From NCBI GenBank assembly GCA_964035545.1, contig CAXIUT010000103.1:558001-622000 (forward strand): a stretch of DNA of 64,000 nt. The letters run 5' to 3'. This DNA comes from Bugula neritina (lineage: Eukaryota; Animalia; Bryozoa). Both the position numbers and the translations under genes were made by a program. The notes under the pieces are model-generated. The model made no database searches. It had not been told where the DNA came from and saw nothing but the letters and a program-made list of their open reading frames with translations. Shown piece after piece: positions 27,301 to 43,145 of the stretch (its first letter is position 1; each line of letters begins with the position of its first letter).

Positions 27301-30300
27301 GTAGACTATATTGCTCTTCAATCATCAGTTTTCATATTAAAAGAGAAAGCTCATCTGCAGCGCCATTTCACAGTGTTATATTTTGCTAGAGCAAAAACTA
27401 ATTTTAGATGCCTTTGCAAACATATGAGAAATAAATGAGTCATTTCATGAAAAGAGGTGTTTGCAGCAATTGTCCACTTTTGATTTACAAGCGGCATGGA
27501 AACTTTTGTAGTTTTAAATAATATCTCCAAACTCATCACTTGCATGTGTTTAGATACTTGATAAATTTTTTTATGCAAAACTTGATGCCTGCTTCAAAGA
27601 CACCAGTGCTTAATTACTGTGTTAACTGTATTGGCATGTTGCCATGAGATATTTGGTAATATTTCGCATCACAACAAACTCTTCAGAAAGTTAAGAAAAT
27701 CAGACTAGAAAGTTAATGAAATAAACCTACCAGAAAGAGTAAGCCAGATGTAACAAGTAGATCCAAAACAATTAGTTGATTAACAATTGAAGTTGAAATC
27801 TCCATGTAGTCAACACTTTAGTCCTAATGTCAAATGCAAACGCCTGCAATCAAACTGTGTAGACTTCATGAGCTGGTTAGCTGACAGGACTCATTAAAGT
27901 TCTTAACTCTTGTGTGTATAGTGATGCCCATCTTGAACTAGAGAGGGCTGACTGAAGACTGCTACTTTGTGAAAATTGACAATGCATATTATTATTATTC
28001 ATTGTTGAGATTCACGACTGCCATAAACAATGATAAAATATTCATTGTTGGTACTACTGAGTAGAATAAAATATAATATAATATTATTTTCTGGACAAAT
28101 AAATAATATCAAATGCATATTATAACTTACCATAAATCTACAGTGCTTCACATCTTCACCTTTTTCTGCAATGTTGATTCTTTGCAGTTAGAAGTACTAG
28201 TTGAAAATATGACTATGAAACATAACCCTTCAATTTCATTGCACCAGCACCAGTTGCAAGATAGGTGTGTTGGGAGTTATCTTTCCCAAAATTTTGTTCT
28301 TGGTGTTTATACGAAGCAGACACAGGCTAATATTAGTTTTGTTATTTGTAAGAGTTTTTCTGTCTGATTGTCCATCAGCAAAAGTTTGGCCTTGCAGTTA
28401 TTATGGAAATACCAGTGATGCTGGAAGACCTTTGCATTGTACACCCGCTTTTACTATTGAATTTAGATGTTTTATTTTCCCATCCCCTCTCCTGCCCCCC
28501 CTGTCCCCTCTAACAACCAGCAATCCTGACTCATGTGAATTGTGTTATTGTTCTAGAGTTGGCCCATGGGCCTACAGTATACGATTTGAAGCTTTATAGT
28601 TTACAGGCAGTGGAGATGAGTCACTGCTAAAACCCATTTTGTTAGTAGACTATATTGCTCTTCAATCATCAGTTTTCATATTAAAAGAGAAAGCTCATCT
28701 GCAGCGCCATTTCACAGTGTTTTATTTTGCTAGAGCAATAACTAATTTTAGATGCCTTTGCAAACATATGAGAAATAAATGAGTGATTCTATGAAAAGAG
28801 GTGTTTGCAGCAATTGTCCACTTTTGATTTACAAGCGGCATGGAAACTTTTGTAGTTTTAAATAATATCTCCAAACTCATCACTTGCATGTGTTTATAGA
28901 CTTGATAAATTTTTTTATGCAAAACTTGATGCCTGCTTCAAAGACACCAGTGCTTAATTACTGTGTTAACTGTATTGGCACGTTGCCATGAGATATTTGG
29001 TAATATTTCGCATCACAACAAACTCTTCAGAAAGTTAAGAAAATCAGTCTAGAATGTTAATGAAATAAACCTACCAGAAAGAGTAAGCCAGATGTAACAA
29101 GTAGATCCAAAACAAGTTGATTAACAATTGAAGTTGAAATCTCCATGTAGTCAACACTTTAGTCCTAATGTCAAATGCAAACGTCTGCAATCAAACTGTG
29201 TAGACTTCATGAGCTGGTTAGCTGAAAGGACTCATTAAAGTTCTTAACTCTTGTGTGTATAGTGATGCCCATCTTGAACTAGAGAGGGCTGACTGAAGAC
29301 TGCTACTTTGTGAAAATTGACAATGCATATTATTATTATTCATTGTTGAGATTCACGACTGCCATAAACAATGATAAAATATTCATTGTTGGTACTACTG
29401 AGTAGAATAAAATATAATATAATATTATTTTCTGGACAAATAAATAATATCAAATGCATATTATAACTTACCATAAATCTACAGTGCTTCACATCTTCAC
29501 TTTTTTCTGCAATGTTATTTCTTTGCAGTTAGAAGTACTAGTTGAAAATATGACTATGAAACATAACCCTTCAATTTCATTGCACCAGCACCAGTTGCAA
29601 GATAGGTGTGTTGGGAGTTATCTTTCCCAAAATTTTGTTCTTTGTGTTTATACGAAGCAGACACAGGCTAATATTAGTTTTGTTATTTGCAAGAGTTTTT
29701 CTGTCTGATTGTCCATCAGCAAAAGTTTGGCCTTGCAGTTATTATGGAAATACCAGTGATGCTGGAAGAACTTTGCATTGTACACCCGCTTTTACTATTG
29801 AATTTAGATGTTTTATTTTCCCATCCCCTCTCCTGCCCCCCCCCTGTCCCCTCTAACAACCAGCAATCCTGACTCATGTGAATTGTGTTATTGTTCTAGA
29901 GTTGGCCCATGGGCCTACAGTATACGATTTGAAGCTTTATAGTTTACAGGCAGTGGAGATGAGTCACTGCTAAAACCCATTTTGTTAGTAGACTATATTG
30001 CTCTTCAATCATCAGTTTTCATATTAAAAGAGAAAGCTCATCTGCAGCGCCATTTCACAGTGTTTTATTTTGCTAGAGCAATAACTAATTTTAGATGCCT
30101 TTGCAAACATATGAGAAATAAATGAGTGATTCTATGAAAAGAGGTGTTTGCAGCAATTGTCCACTTTTGATTTACAAGCGGCATGGAAACTTTTGTAGTT
30201 TTAAATAATATCTCCAAACTCATCACTTGCATGTGTTTATAGACTTGATAAATTTTTTTATGCAAAACTTGATGCCTGCTTCAAAGACACCAGTGCTTAA

Positions 30301-33300
30301 TTACTGTGTTAACTGTATTGGCACGTTGCCATGAGATATTTCGTAATATTTCGCATCACAACAAACTCTTCAGAAAGTTAAGAAAATCAGTCTAGAAAGT
30401 TAATGAAATAAACCTACCAGAAAGAGTAAGCCAGATGTAACAAGTAGATCCAAAACAAGTTGATTAACAATTGAAGTTGAAATCTCCATGTAGTCAACAC
30501 TTTAGTCCTAATGTCAAATGCAAACGCCTGCAATCAAACTGTGTAGACTTCATGAGCTGGTTAGCTGACAGGACTCATTAAAGTTCTTAACTCTTGTGTG
30601 TATAGTGATGCCCATCTTGAACTAGAGAGGGCTGACTGAAGACTGCTACTTTGTGAAAATTGACAATGCATATTATTATTATTCATTGTTGAGATTCACG
30701 ACTGCCATAAACAATGATAAAATATTCATTGTTGGTACTACTGAGTAGAATAAAATATAATATAATATTATTTTCTGGACAAATAAATAATATCAAATGC
30801 ATATTATAACTTACCATAAATCTACAGTGCTTCACATCTTCACCTTTTTCTGCAATGTTGATTCTTTGCAGTTAGAAGTACTAGTTGAAAATATGACTAT
30901 GAAACATAACCCTTCAATTTCATTGCACCAGCACCAGTTGCAAGATAGGTGTGTTGGGAGTTATCTTTCCCAAAATTTTGTTCTTGGTGTTTATACGAAG
31001 CAGACACAGGCTAATATTAGTTTTGTTATTTGTAAGAGTTTTTCTGTCTGATTGTCCATCAGCAAAAGTTTGGCCTTGCAGTTATTATGGAAATACCAGT
31101 GATGCTGGAAGACCTTTGCATTGTACACCCGCTTTTACTATTGAATTTAGATGTTTTATTTTCCCATCCCCTCTCCTGCCCCCCTGTCCCCTCTAACAAC
31201 CAGCAATTCTGACTCATGTGAATTGTGTTATTGTTCTAGAGTTGGCCCATGGGCCTACAGTATACGATTTGAAGCTTTATAGTTTACAGGCAGTGGAGAT
31301 GAGTCACTGCTAAAACCCATTTTGTTAGTAGACTATATTGCTCTTCAATCATCAGTTTTCATATTAAAAGAGAAAGCTCATCTGCAGCGCCATTTCACAG
31401 TGTTTTATTTTGCTAGAGCAATAACTAATTTTAGATGCCTTTGCAAACATATGAGAAATAAATGAGTGATTCTATGAAAAGAGGTGTTTGCAGCAATTGT
31501 CCACTTTTGATTTACAAGCGGCATGGAAACTTTTGTAGTTTTAAATAATATCTCCAAACTCATCACTTGCATGTGTTTATAGACTTGATAAATTTTTTTA
31601 TGCAAAACTTGATGCCTGCTTCAAAGACACCAGTGCTTAATTACTGTGTTAACTGTATTGGCACGTTGCCATGAGATATTTGGTAATATTTCGCATCACA
31701 ACAAACTTTTCAGAAAGTTTAGAAAATCAGTCTAGAAAGTTAATGAAATAAACCTACCAGAAAGAGTAAGCCAGATGTAACAAGTAGATCCAAAACAAGT
31801 TGATTAACAATTGAAGTTGAAATCTCCATGTAGTCAACACTTTAGTCCTAATGTCAAATGCAAACGCCTGCAATCAAACTGTGTAGACTTCATGAGCTGG
31901 TTAGCTGACAGGACTCATTAAAGTTCTTAACTCTTGTGTGTATAGTGATGCCCATCTTGAACTAGAGAGGGCTGACTGAAGACTGCTACTTTGTGAAAAT
32001 TGACAATGCATATTATTATTATTCATTGTTGAGATTCACGACTGCCATAAACAATGATAAAATATTCATTGTTGGTACTACTGAGTAGAATAAAATATAA
32101 TATAATATTATTTTCTGGACAAATAAATAATATCAAATGCATATTATAACTTACCATAAATCTACAGTGCTTCACATCTTCACCTTTTTCTGCAATGTTG
32201 ATTCTTTGCAGTTAGAAGTACTAGTTGAAAATATGACTATGAAACATAACCCTTCAATTTCATTGCACCAGCACCAGTTGCAAGATAGGTGTGTTGGGAG
32301 TTATCTTTCCCAAAATTTTGTTCTTGGTGTTTATACGAAGTAGACACAGGCTAATATTAGTTTTGTTATTTGTAAGAGTTTTTCTGTCTGATTGTCCATC
32401 AGCAAAAGTTTGGCCTTGCAGTTATTATGGAAATACCAGTGATGCTGGAAGACCTTTGCATTGTACACCCGCTTTTACTATTGAATTTAGATGTTTTATT
32501 TTCCCATCCCCTCTCCTGCCCCCCCCTGTCCCCTCTAACAACCAGTAATTCTGACTCATGTGAATTGTGTTATTGTTCTAGAGTTGGCCCATGGGCCTAC
32601 AGTATACGATTTGAAGCTTTATAGTTTACAGGCAGTGGAGATGAGTCACTGCTAAAACCCATTTTGTTAGTAGACTATATTGCTCTTCAATCATCAGTTT
32701 TCATATTAAAAGAGAAAGCTCATCTGCAGCGCCATTTCACAGTGTTTTATTTTGCTAGAGCAATAACTAATTTTAGATGCCTTTGCAAACATATGAGAAA
32801 TAAATGAGTGATTCTATGAAAAGAGGTGTTTGCAGCAATTGTCCACTTTTGATTTACAAGCGGCATGGAAACTTTTGTAGTTTTAAATAATATCTCCAAA
32901 CTCATCACTTGCATGTGTTTATAGACTTGATAAATTTTTTTATGCAAACCTTGATGCCTGCTTCAAAGACACCAGTGCTTAATTACTGTGTTAACTGTAT
33001 TGGCACGTTGCCATGAGATATTTCGTAATATTTCGCATCACAACAAACTCTTCAGAAAGTTAAGAAAATCAGTCTAGAAAGTTAATGAAATAAACCTACC
33101 AGAAAGAGTAAGCCAGATGTAACAAGTAGATCCAAAACAAGTTGATTAACAATTGAAGTTGAAATCTCCATGTAGTCAACACTTTAGTCCTAATGTCAAA
33201 TGCAAACGCCTGCAATCAAACTGTGTAGACTTCATGAGCTGGTTAGCTGACAGGACTCATTAAAGTTCTTAACTCTTGTGTGTATAGTGATGCCCATCTT

Positions 33301-36300
33301 GAACTAGAGAGGGCTGACTGAAGACTGCTACTTTGTGAAAATTGACAATGCATATTATTATTATTCATTGTTGAGATTCACGACTGCCATAAACAATGAT
33401 AAAATATTCATTGTTGGTACTACTGAGTAGAATAAAATATAATATAATATTATTTTCTGGACAAATAAATAATATCAAATGCATATTATAACTTACCATA
33501 AATCTACAGTGCTTCACATCTTCACCTTTTTCTGCAATGTTGATTCTTTGCAGTTAGAAGTACTAGTTGAAAATATGACTATGAAACATAACCCTTCAAT
33601 TTCATTGCACCAGCACCAGTTGCAAGATAGGTGTGTTGGGAGTTATCTTTCCCAAAATTTTGTTCTTGGTGTTTATACGAAGCAGACACAGGCTAATATT
33701 AGTTTTGTTATTTGTAAGAGTTTTTCTGTCTGATTGTCCATCAGCAAAAGTTTGGCCTTGCAGTTATTATGGAAATACCAGTGATGCTGGAAGACCTTTG
33801 CATTGTACACCCGCTTTTACTATTGAATTTAGATGTTTTATTTTCCCATCCCCTCTCCTGCCCCCCCCTGTCCCCTCTAACAACCAGCAATTCTGACTCA
33901 TGTGAATTGTGTTATTGTTCTAGAGTTGGCCCATGGGCCTACAGTATACGATTTGAAGCTTTATAGTTTACAGGCAGTGGAGATGAGTCACTGCTAAAAC
34001 CCATTTTGTTAGTAGACTATATTGCTCTTCAATCATCAGTTTTCATATTAAAAGAGAAAGCTCATCTGCAGCGCCATTTCACAGTGTTTTATTTTGCTAG
34101 AGCAATAACTAATTTTAGATGCCTTTGCAAACATATGAGAAATAAATGAGTGATTCTATGAAAAGAGGTGTTTGCAGCAATTGTCCACTTTTGATTTACA
34201 AGCGGCATGGAAACTTTTGTAGTTTTAAATAATATCTCCAAACTCATCACTTGCATGTGTTTATAGACTTGATAAATTTTTTTATGCAAAACTTGATGCC
34301 TGCTTCAAAGACACCAGTGCTTAATTACTGTGTTAACTGTATTGGCACGTTGCCATGAGATATTTCGTAATATTTCGCATCACAACAAACTCTTCAGAAA
34401 GTTAAGAAAATCAGTCTAGAAAGTTAATGAAATAAACCTACCAGAAAGAGTAAGCCAGATGTAACAAGTAGATCCAAAACAAGTTGATTAACAATTGAAG
34501 TTGAAATCTCCATGTAGTCAACACTTTAGTCCTAATGTCAAATGCAAACGTCTGCAATCAAACTGTGTAGACTTCATGAGCTGGTTAGCTGAAAGGACTC
34601 ATTAAAGTTCTTAACTCTTGTGTGTATAGTGATGCCCATCTTGAACTAGAGAGGGCTGACTGAAGACTGCTACTTTGTGAAAATTGACAATGCATATTAT
34701 TATTATTCATTGTTGAGATTCACGACTGCCATAAACAATGATAAAATATTCATTGTTGGTACTACTGAGTAGAATAAAATATAATATAATATTATTTTCT
34801 GGACAAATAAATAATATCAAATGCATATTATAACTTACCATAAATCTACAGTGCTTCACATCTTCACCTTTTTCTGCAATGTTGATTCTTTGCAGTTAGA
34901 AGTACTAGTTGAAAATATGACTATGAAACATAACCCTTCAATTTCATTGCACCAGCACCAGTTGCAAGATAGGTGTGTTGGGAGTTATCTTTCCCAAAAT
35001 TTTGTTCTTTGTGTTTATACGAAGCAGACACAGGCTAATATTAGTTTTGTTATTTGTAAGAGTTTTTCTGTCTGATTGTCCATCAGCAAAAGTTTGGCCT
35101 TGCAGTTATTATGGAAATACCAGTGATGCTGGAAGACCTTTGCATTGTACACCCGCTTTTACTATTGAATTTAGATGTTTTATTTTCCCATCCCCTCTCC
35201 TGCCCCCCTGTCCCCTCTAACAACCAGCAATCCTGACTCATGTGAATTGTGTTATTGTTCTAGAGTTGGCCCATGGGCCTACAGTATACGATTTGAAGCT
35301 TTATAGTTTACAGGCAGTGGAGATGAGTCACTGCTAAAACCCATTTTGTTAGTAGACTATATTGCTCTTCAATCATCAGTTTTCATATTAAAAGAGAAAG
35401 CTCATCTGCAGCGCCATTTCACAGTGTTTTATTTTGCTAGAGCAATAACTAATTTTAGATGCCTTTGCAAACATATGAGAAATAAATGAGTGATTCTATG
35501 AAAAGAGGTGTTTGCAGCAATTGTCCACTTTTGATTTACAAGCGGCATGGAAACTTTTGTAGTTTTAAATAATATCTCCAAACTCATCACTTGCATGTGT
35601 TTATAGACTTGATAAATTTTTTTATGCAAAACTTGATGCCTGCTTCAAAGACACCAGTGCTTAATTACTGTGTTAACTGTATTGGCACGTTGCCATGAGA
35701 TATTTGGTAATATTTCGCATCACAACAAACTCTTCAGAAAGTTAAGAAAATCAGTCTAGAAAGTTAATGAAATAAACCTACCAGAAAGAGTAAGCCAGAT
35801 GTAACAAGTAGATCCAAAACAAGTTGATTAACAATTGAAGTTGAAATCTCCATGTAGTCAACACTTTAGTCCTAATGTCAAATGCAAACGTCTGCAATCA
35901 AACTGTGTAGACTTCATGAGCTGGTTAGCTGAAAGGACTCATTAAAGTTCTTAACTCTTGTGTGTATAGTGATGCCCATCTTGAACTAGAGAGGGCTGAC
36001 TGAAGACTGCTACTTTGTGAAAATTGACAATGCATATTATTATTATTCATTGTTTAGATTCACGACTGCCATAAACAATGATAAAATATTCATTGTTGGT
36101 ACTACTGAGTAGAATAAAATATAATATAATATTATTTTCTGGACAAATAAATAATATCAAATGCATATTATAACTTACCATAAATCTACAGTGCTTCACA
36201 TCTTCACCTTTTTCTGCAATGTTGATTCTTTGCAGTTAGAAGTACTAGTTGAAAATATGACTATGAAACATAACCCTTCAATTTCATTGCACCAGCACCA

Positions 36301-39300
36301 GTTGCAAGATAGGTGTGTTGGGAGTTATCTTTCCCAAAATTTTGTTCTTTGTGTTTATACGAAGCAGACACAGGCTAATATTAGTTTTGTTATTTGTAAG
36401 AGTTTTTCTGTCTGATTGTCCATCAGCAAAAGTTTGGCCTTGCAGTTATTATGGAAATACCAGTGATGCTGGAAGACCTTTGCATTGTACACCCGCTTTT
36501 ACTATTGAATTTAGATGTTTTATTTTCCCATCCCCTCTCCTGCCCCCCTGTCCCCTCTAACAACCAGCAATCCTGACTCATGTGAATTGTGTTATTGTTC
36601 TAGAGTTGGCCCATGGGCCTACAGTATACGATTTGAAGCTTTATAGTTTACAGGCAGTGGAGATGAGTCACTGCTAAAACCCATTTTGTTAGTAGACTAT
36701 ATTGCTCTTCAATCATCAGTTTTCATATTAAAAGAGAAAGCTCATCTGCAGCGCCATTTCACAGTGTTTTATTTTGCTAGAGCAATAACTAATTTTAGAT
36801 GCCTTTGCAAACATATGAGAAATAAATGAGTGATTCTATGAAAAGAGGTGTTTGCAGCAATTGTCCACTTTTGATTTACAAGCGGCATGGAAACTTTTGT
36901 AGTTTTAAATAATATCTCCAAACTCATCACTTGCATGTGTTTATAGACTTGATAAATTTTTTTATGCAAAACTTGATGCCTGCTTCAAAGACACCAGTGC
37001 TTAATTACTGTGTTAACTGTATTGGCACGTTGCCATGAGATATTTCGTAATATTTCGCATCACAACAAACTCTTCAGAAAGTTAAGAAAATCAGTCTAGA
37101 AAGTTAATGAAATAAACCTACCAGAAAGAGTAAGCCAGATGTAACAAGTAGATCCAAAACAAGTTGATTAACAATTGAAGTTGAAATCTCCATGTAGTCA
37201 ACACTTTAGTCCTAATGTCAAATGCAAACGTCTGCAATCAAACTGTGTAGACTTCATGAGCTGGTTAGCTGAAAGGACTCATTAAAGTTCTTAACTCTTG
37301 TGTGTATAGTGATGCCCATCTTGAACTAGAGAGGGCTGACTGAAGACTGCTACTTTGTGAAAATTGACAATGCATATTATTATTATTCATTGTTTAGATT
37401 CACGACTGCCATAAACAATGATAAAATATTCATTGTTGGTACTACTGAGTAGAATAAAATATAATATAATATTATTTTCTGGACAAATAAATAATATCAA
37501 ATGCATATTATAACTTACCATAAATCTACAGTGCTTCACATCTTCACTTTTTTCTGCAATGTTATTTCTTTGCAGTTAGAAGTACTAGTTGAAAATATGA
37601 CTATGAAACATAACCCTTCAATTTCATTGCACCAGCACCAGTTGCAAGATAGGTGTGTTGGGAGTTATCTTTCCCAAAATTTTGTTCTTTGTGTTTATAC
37701 GAAGCAGACACAGGCTAATATTAGTTTTGTTATTTGCAAGAGTTTTTCTGTCTGATTGTCCATCAGCAAAAGTTTGGCCTTGCAGTTATTATGGAAATAC
37801 CAGTGATGCTGGAAGACCTTTGCATTGTACACCCGCTTTTACTATTGAATTTAGATGTTTTATTTTCCCATCCCCTCTCCTGCCCCCCTGTCCCCTCTAA
37901 CAACCAGCAATCCTGACTCATGTGAATTGTGTTATTGTTCTAGAGTTGGCCCATGGGCCTACAGTATACGATTTGAAGCTTTATAGTTTACAGGCAGTGG
38001 AGATGAGTCACTGCTAAAACCCATTTTGTTAGTAGACTATATTGCTCTTCAATCATCAGTTTTCATATTAAAAGAGAAAGCTCATCTGCAGCGCCATTTC
38101 ACAGTGTTTTATTTTGCTAGAGCAATAACTAATTTTAGATGCCTTTGCAAACATATGAGAAATAAATGAGTGATTCTATGAAAAGAGGTGTTTGCAGCAA
38201 TTGTCCACTTTTGATTTTTAAGCGGCATGGAAACTTTTGTAGTTTTAAATAATATCTCCAAACTCATCACTTGCATGTGTTTATAGACTTGATAAATTTT
38301 TTTATGCAAAACTTGATGCCTGCTTCAAAGACACCAGTGCTTAATTACTGTGTTAACTGTATTGGCACGTTGCCATGAGATATTTGGTAATATTTCGCAT
38401 CACAACAAACTCTTCAGAAAGTTAAGAAAATCAGTCTAGAAAGTTAATGAAATAAACCTACCAGAAAGAGTAAGCCAGATGTAACAAGTAGATCCAAAAC
38501 AAGTTGATTAACAATTGAAGTTGAAATCTCCATGTAGTCAACACTTTAGTCCTAATGTCAAATGCAAACGTCTGCAATCAAACTGTGTAGACTTCATGAG
38601 CTGGTTAGCTGAAAGGACTCATTAAAGTTCTTAACTCTTGTGTGTATAGTGATGCCCATCTTGAACTAGAGAGGGCTGACTGAAGACTGCTACTTTGTGA
38701 AAATTGACAATGCATATTATTATTATTCATTGTTGAGATTCACGACTGCCATAAACAATGATAAAATATTCATTGTTGGTAGTACTGAGTAGAATAAAAT
38801 ATAATATAATATTATTTTCTGGACAAATAAATAATATCAAATGCATATTATAACTTACCATAAATCTACAGTGCTTCACATCTTCACCTTTTTCTGCAAT
38901 GTTGATTCTTTGCAGTTAGAAGTACTAGTTGAAAATATGACTATGAAACATAACCCTTCAATTTCATTGCACCAGCACCAGTTGCAAGATAGGTGTGTTG
39001 GGAGTTATCTTTCCCAAAATTTTGTTCTTTGTGTTTATACGAAGCAGACACAGGCTAATATTAGTTTTGTTATTTGCAAGAGTTTTTCTGTCTGATTGTC
39101 CATCAGCAAAAGTTTGGCCTTGCAGTTATTATGGAAATACCAGTGATGCTGGAAGACCTTTGCATTGTACACCCGCTTTTACTATTGAATTTAGATGTTT
39201 TATTTTCCCATCCCCTCTCCTGCCCCCCTGTCCCCTCTAACAACCAGCAATCCTGACTCATGTGAATTGTGTTATTGTTCTAGAGTTGGCCCATGGGCCT

Positions 39301-42300
39301 ACAGTATACGATTTGAAGCTTTATAGTTTACAGGCAGTGGAGATGAGTCACTGCTAAAACCCATTTTGTTAGTAGACTATATTGCTCTTCAATCATCAGT
39401 TTTCATATTAAAAGAGAAAGCTCATCTGCAGCGCCATTTCACAGTGTTTTATTTTGCTAGAGCAATAACTAATTTTAGATGCCTTTGCAAACATATGAGA
39501 AATAAATGAGTGATTCTATGAAAAGAGGTGTTTGCAGCAATTGTCCACTTTTGATTTACAAGCGGCATGGAAACTTTTGTAGTTTTAAATAATATCTCCA
39601 AACTCATCACTTGCATGTGTTTATAGACTTGATAAATTTTTTTATGCAAAACTTGATGCCTGCTTCAAAGACACCAGTGCTTAATTACTGTGTTAACTGT
39701 ATTGGCACGTTGCCATGAGATATTTGGTAATATTTCGCATCACAACAAACTCTTCAGAAAGTTAAGAAAATCAGTCTAGAAAGTTAATGAAATAAACCTA
39801 CCAGAAAGAGTAAGCCAGATGTAACAAGTAGATCCAAAACAAGTTGATTAACAATTGAAGTTGAAATCTCCATGTAGTCAACACTTTAGTCCTAATGTCA
39901 AATGCAAACGTCTGCAATCAAACTGTGTAGACTTCATGAGCTGGTTAGCTGAAAGGACTCATTAAAGTTCTTAACTCTTGTGTGTATAGTGATGCCCATC
40001 TTGAACTAGAGAGGGCTGACTGAAGACTGCTACTTTGTGAAAATTGACAATGCATATTATTATTATTCATTGTTTAGATTCACGACTGCCATAAACAATG
40101 ATAAAATATTCATTGTTGGTACTACTGAGTAGAATAAAATATAATATAATATTATTTTCTGGACAAATAAATAATATCAAATGCATATTATAACTTACCA
40201 TAAATCTACAGTGCTTCACATCTTCACCTTTTTCTGCAATGTTGATTCTTTGCAGTTAGAAGTACTAGTTGAAAATATGACTATGAAACATAACCCTTCA
40301 ATTTCATTGCACCAGCACCAGTTGCAAGATAGGTGTGTTGGGAGTTATCTTTCCCAAAATTTTGTTCTTGGTGTTTATACGAAGCAGACACAGGCTAATA
40401 TTAGTTTTGTTATTTGTAAGAGTTTTTCTGTCTGATTGTCCATCAGCAAAAGTTTGGCCTTGCAGTTATTATGGAAATACCAGTGATGCTGGAAGACCTT
40501 TGCATTGTACACCCGCTTTTACTATTGAATTTAGATGTTTTATTTTCCCATCCCCTCTCCTGCCCCCCCCCTGTCCCCTCTAACAACCAGCAATTCTGAC
40601 TCATGTGAATTGTGTTATTGTTCTAGAGTTGGCCCATGGGCCTACAGTATACGATTTGAAGCTTTATAGTTTACAGGCAGTGGAGATGAGTCACTGCTAA
40701 AACCCATTTTGTTAGTAGACTATATTGCTCTTCAATCATCAGTTTTCATATTAAAAGAGAAAGCTCATCTGCAGCGCCATTTCACAGTGTTTTATTTTGC
40801 TAGAGCAATAACTAATTTTAGATGCCTTTGCAAACATATGAGAAATAAATGAGTGATTCTATGAAAAGAGGTGTTTGCAGCAATTGTCCACTTTTGATTT
40901 ACAAGCGGCATGGAAACTTTTGTAGTTTTAAATAATATCTCCAAACTCATCACTTGCATGTGTTTATAGACTTGATAAATTTTTTTATGCAAAACTTGAT
41001 GCCTGCTTCAAAGACACCAGTGCTTAATTACTGTGTTAACTGTATTGGCACGTTGCCATGAGATATTTCGTAATATTTCGCATCACAACAAACTCTTCAG
41101 AAAGTTAAGAAAATCAGTCTAGAAAGTTAATGAAATAAACCTACCAGAAAGAGTAAGCCAGATGTAACAAGTAGATCCAAAACAAGTTGATTAACAATTG
41201 AAGTTGAAATCTCCATGTAGTCAACACTTTAGTCCTAATGTCAAATGCAAACGCCTGCAATCAAACTGTGTAGACTTCATGAGCTGGTTAGCTGAAAGGA
41301 CTCATTAAAGTTCTTAACTCTTGTGTGTATAGTGATGCCCATCTTGAACTAGAGAGGGCTGACTGAAGACTGCTACTTTGTGAAAATTGACAATGCATAT
41401 ATTATTATTATTCATTGTTGAGATTCACGACTGCCATAAACAATGATAAAATATTCATTGTTGGTACTACTGAGTAGAATAAAATATAATATAATATTAT
41501 TTTCTGGACAAATAAATAATATCAAATGCATATTATAACTTACCATAAATCTACAGTGCTTCACATCTTCACCTTTTTCTGCAATGTTGATTCTTTGCAG
41601 TTAGAAGTACTAGTTGAAAATATGACTATGAAACATAACCCTTCAATTTCATTGCACCAGCACCAGTTGCAAGATAGGTGTGTTGGGAGTTATCTTTCCC
41701 AAAATTTTGTTCTTTGTGTTTATACGAAGCAGACACAGGCTAATATTAGTTTTGTTATTTGTAAGAGTTTTTCTGTCTGATTGTCCATCAGCAAAAGTTT
41801 GGCCTTGCAGTTATTATGGAAATACCAGTGATGCTGGAAGACCTTTGCATTGTACACCCGCTTTTACTATTGAATTTAGATGTTTTATTTTCCCATCCCC
41901 TCTCCTGCCCCCCTGTCCCCTCTAACAACCAGCAATCCTGACTCATGTGAATTGTGTTATTGTTCTAGAGTTGGCCCATGGGCCTACAGTATACGATTTG
42001 AAGCTTTATAGTTTACAGGCAGTGGAGATGAGTCACTGCTAAAACCCATTTTGTTAGTAGACTATATTGCTCTTCAATCATCAGTTTTCATATTAAAAGA
42101 GAAAGCTCATCTGCAGCGCCATTTCACAGTGTTTTATTTTGCTAGAGCAATAACTAATTTTAGATGCCTTTGCAAACATATGAGAAATAAATGAGTGATT
42201 CTATGAAAAGAGGTGTTTGCAGCAATTGTCCACTTTTGATTTACAAGCGGCATGGAAACTTTTGTAGTTTTAAATAATATCTCCAAACTCATCACTTGCA

Positions 42301-43145
42301 TGTGTTTATAGACTTGATAAATTTTTTTATGCAAAACTTGATGCCTGCTTCAAAGACACCAGTGCTTAATTACTGTGTTAACTGTATTGGCACGTTGCCA
42401 TGAGATATTTGGTAATATTTCGCATCACAACAAACTCTTCAGAAAGTTAAGAAAATCAGTCTAGAAAGTTAATGAAATAAACCTACCAGAAAGAGTAAGC
42501 CAGATGTAACAAGTAGATCCAAAACAAGTTGATTAACAATTGAAGTTGAAATCTCCATGTAGTCAACACTTTAGTCCTAATGTCAAATGCAAACGTCTGC
42601 AATCAAACTGTGTAGACTTCATGAGCTGGTTAGCTGAAAGGACTCATTAAAGTTCTTAACTCTTGTGTGTATAGTGATGCCCATCTTGAACTAGAGAGGG
42701 CTGACTGAAGACTGCTACTTTGTGAAAATTGACAATGCATATTATTATTATTCATTGTTTAGATTCACGACTGCCATAAACAATGATAAAATATTCATTG
42801 TTGGTACTACTGAGTAGAATAAAATATAATATAATATTATTTTCTGGACAAATAAATAATATCAAATGCATATTATAACTTACCATAAATCTACAGTGCT
42901 TCACATCTTCACTTTTTTCTGCAATGTTATTTCTTTGCAGTTAGAAGTACTAGTTGAAAATATGACTATGAAACATAACCCTTCAATTTCATTGCACCAG
43001 CACCAGTTGCAAGATAGGTGTGTTGGGAGTTATCTTTCCCAAAATTTTGTTCTTTGTGTTTATACGAAGCAGACACAGGCTAATATTAGTTTTGTTATTT
43101 GCAAGAGTTTTTCTGTCTGATTGTCCATCAGCAAAAGTTTGGCCT

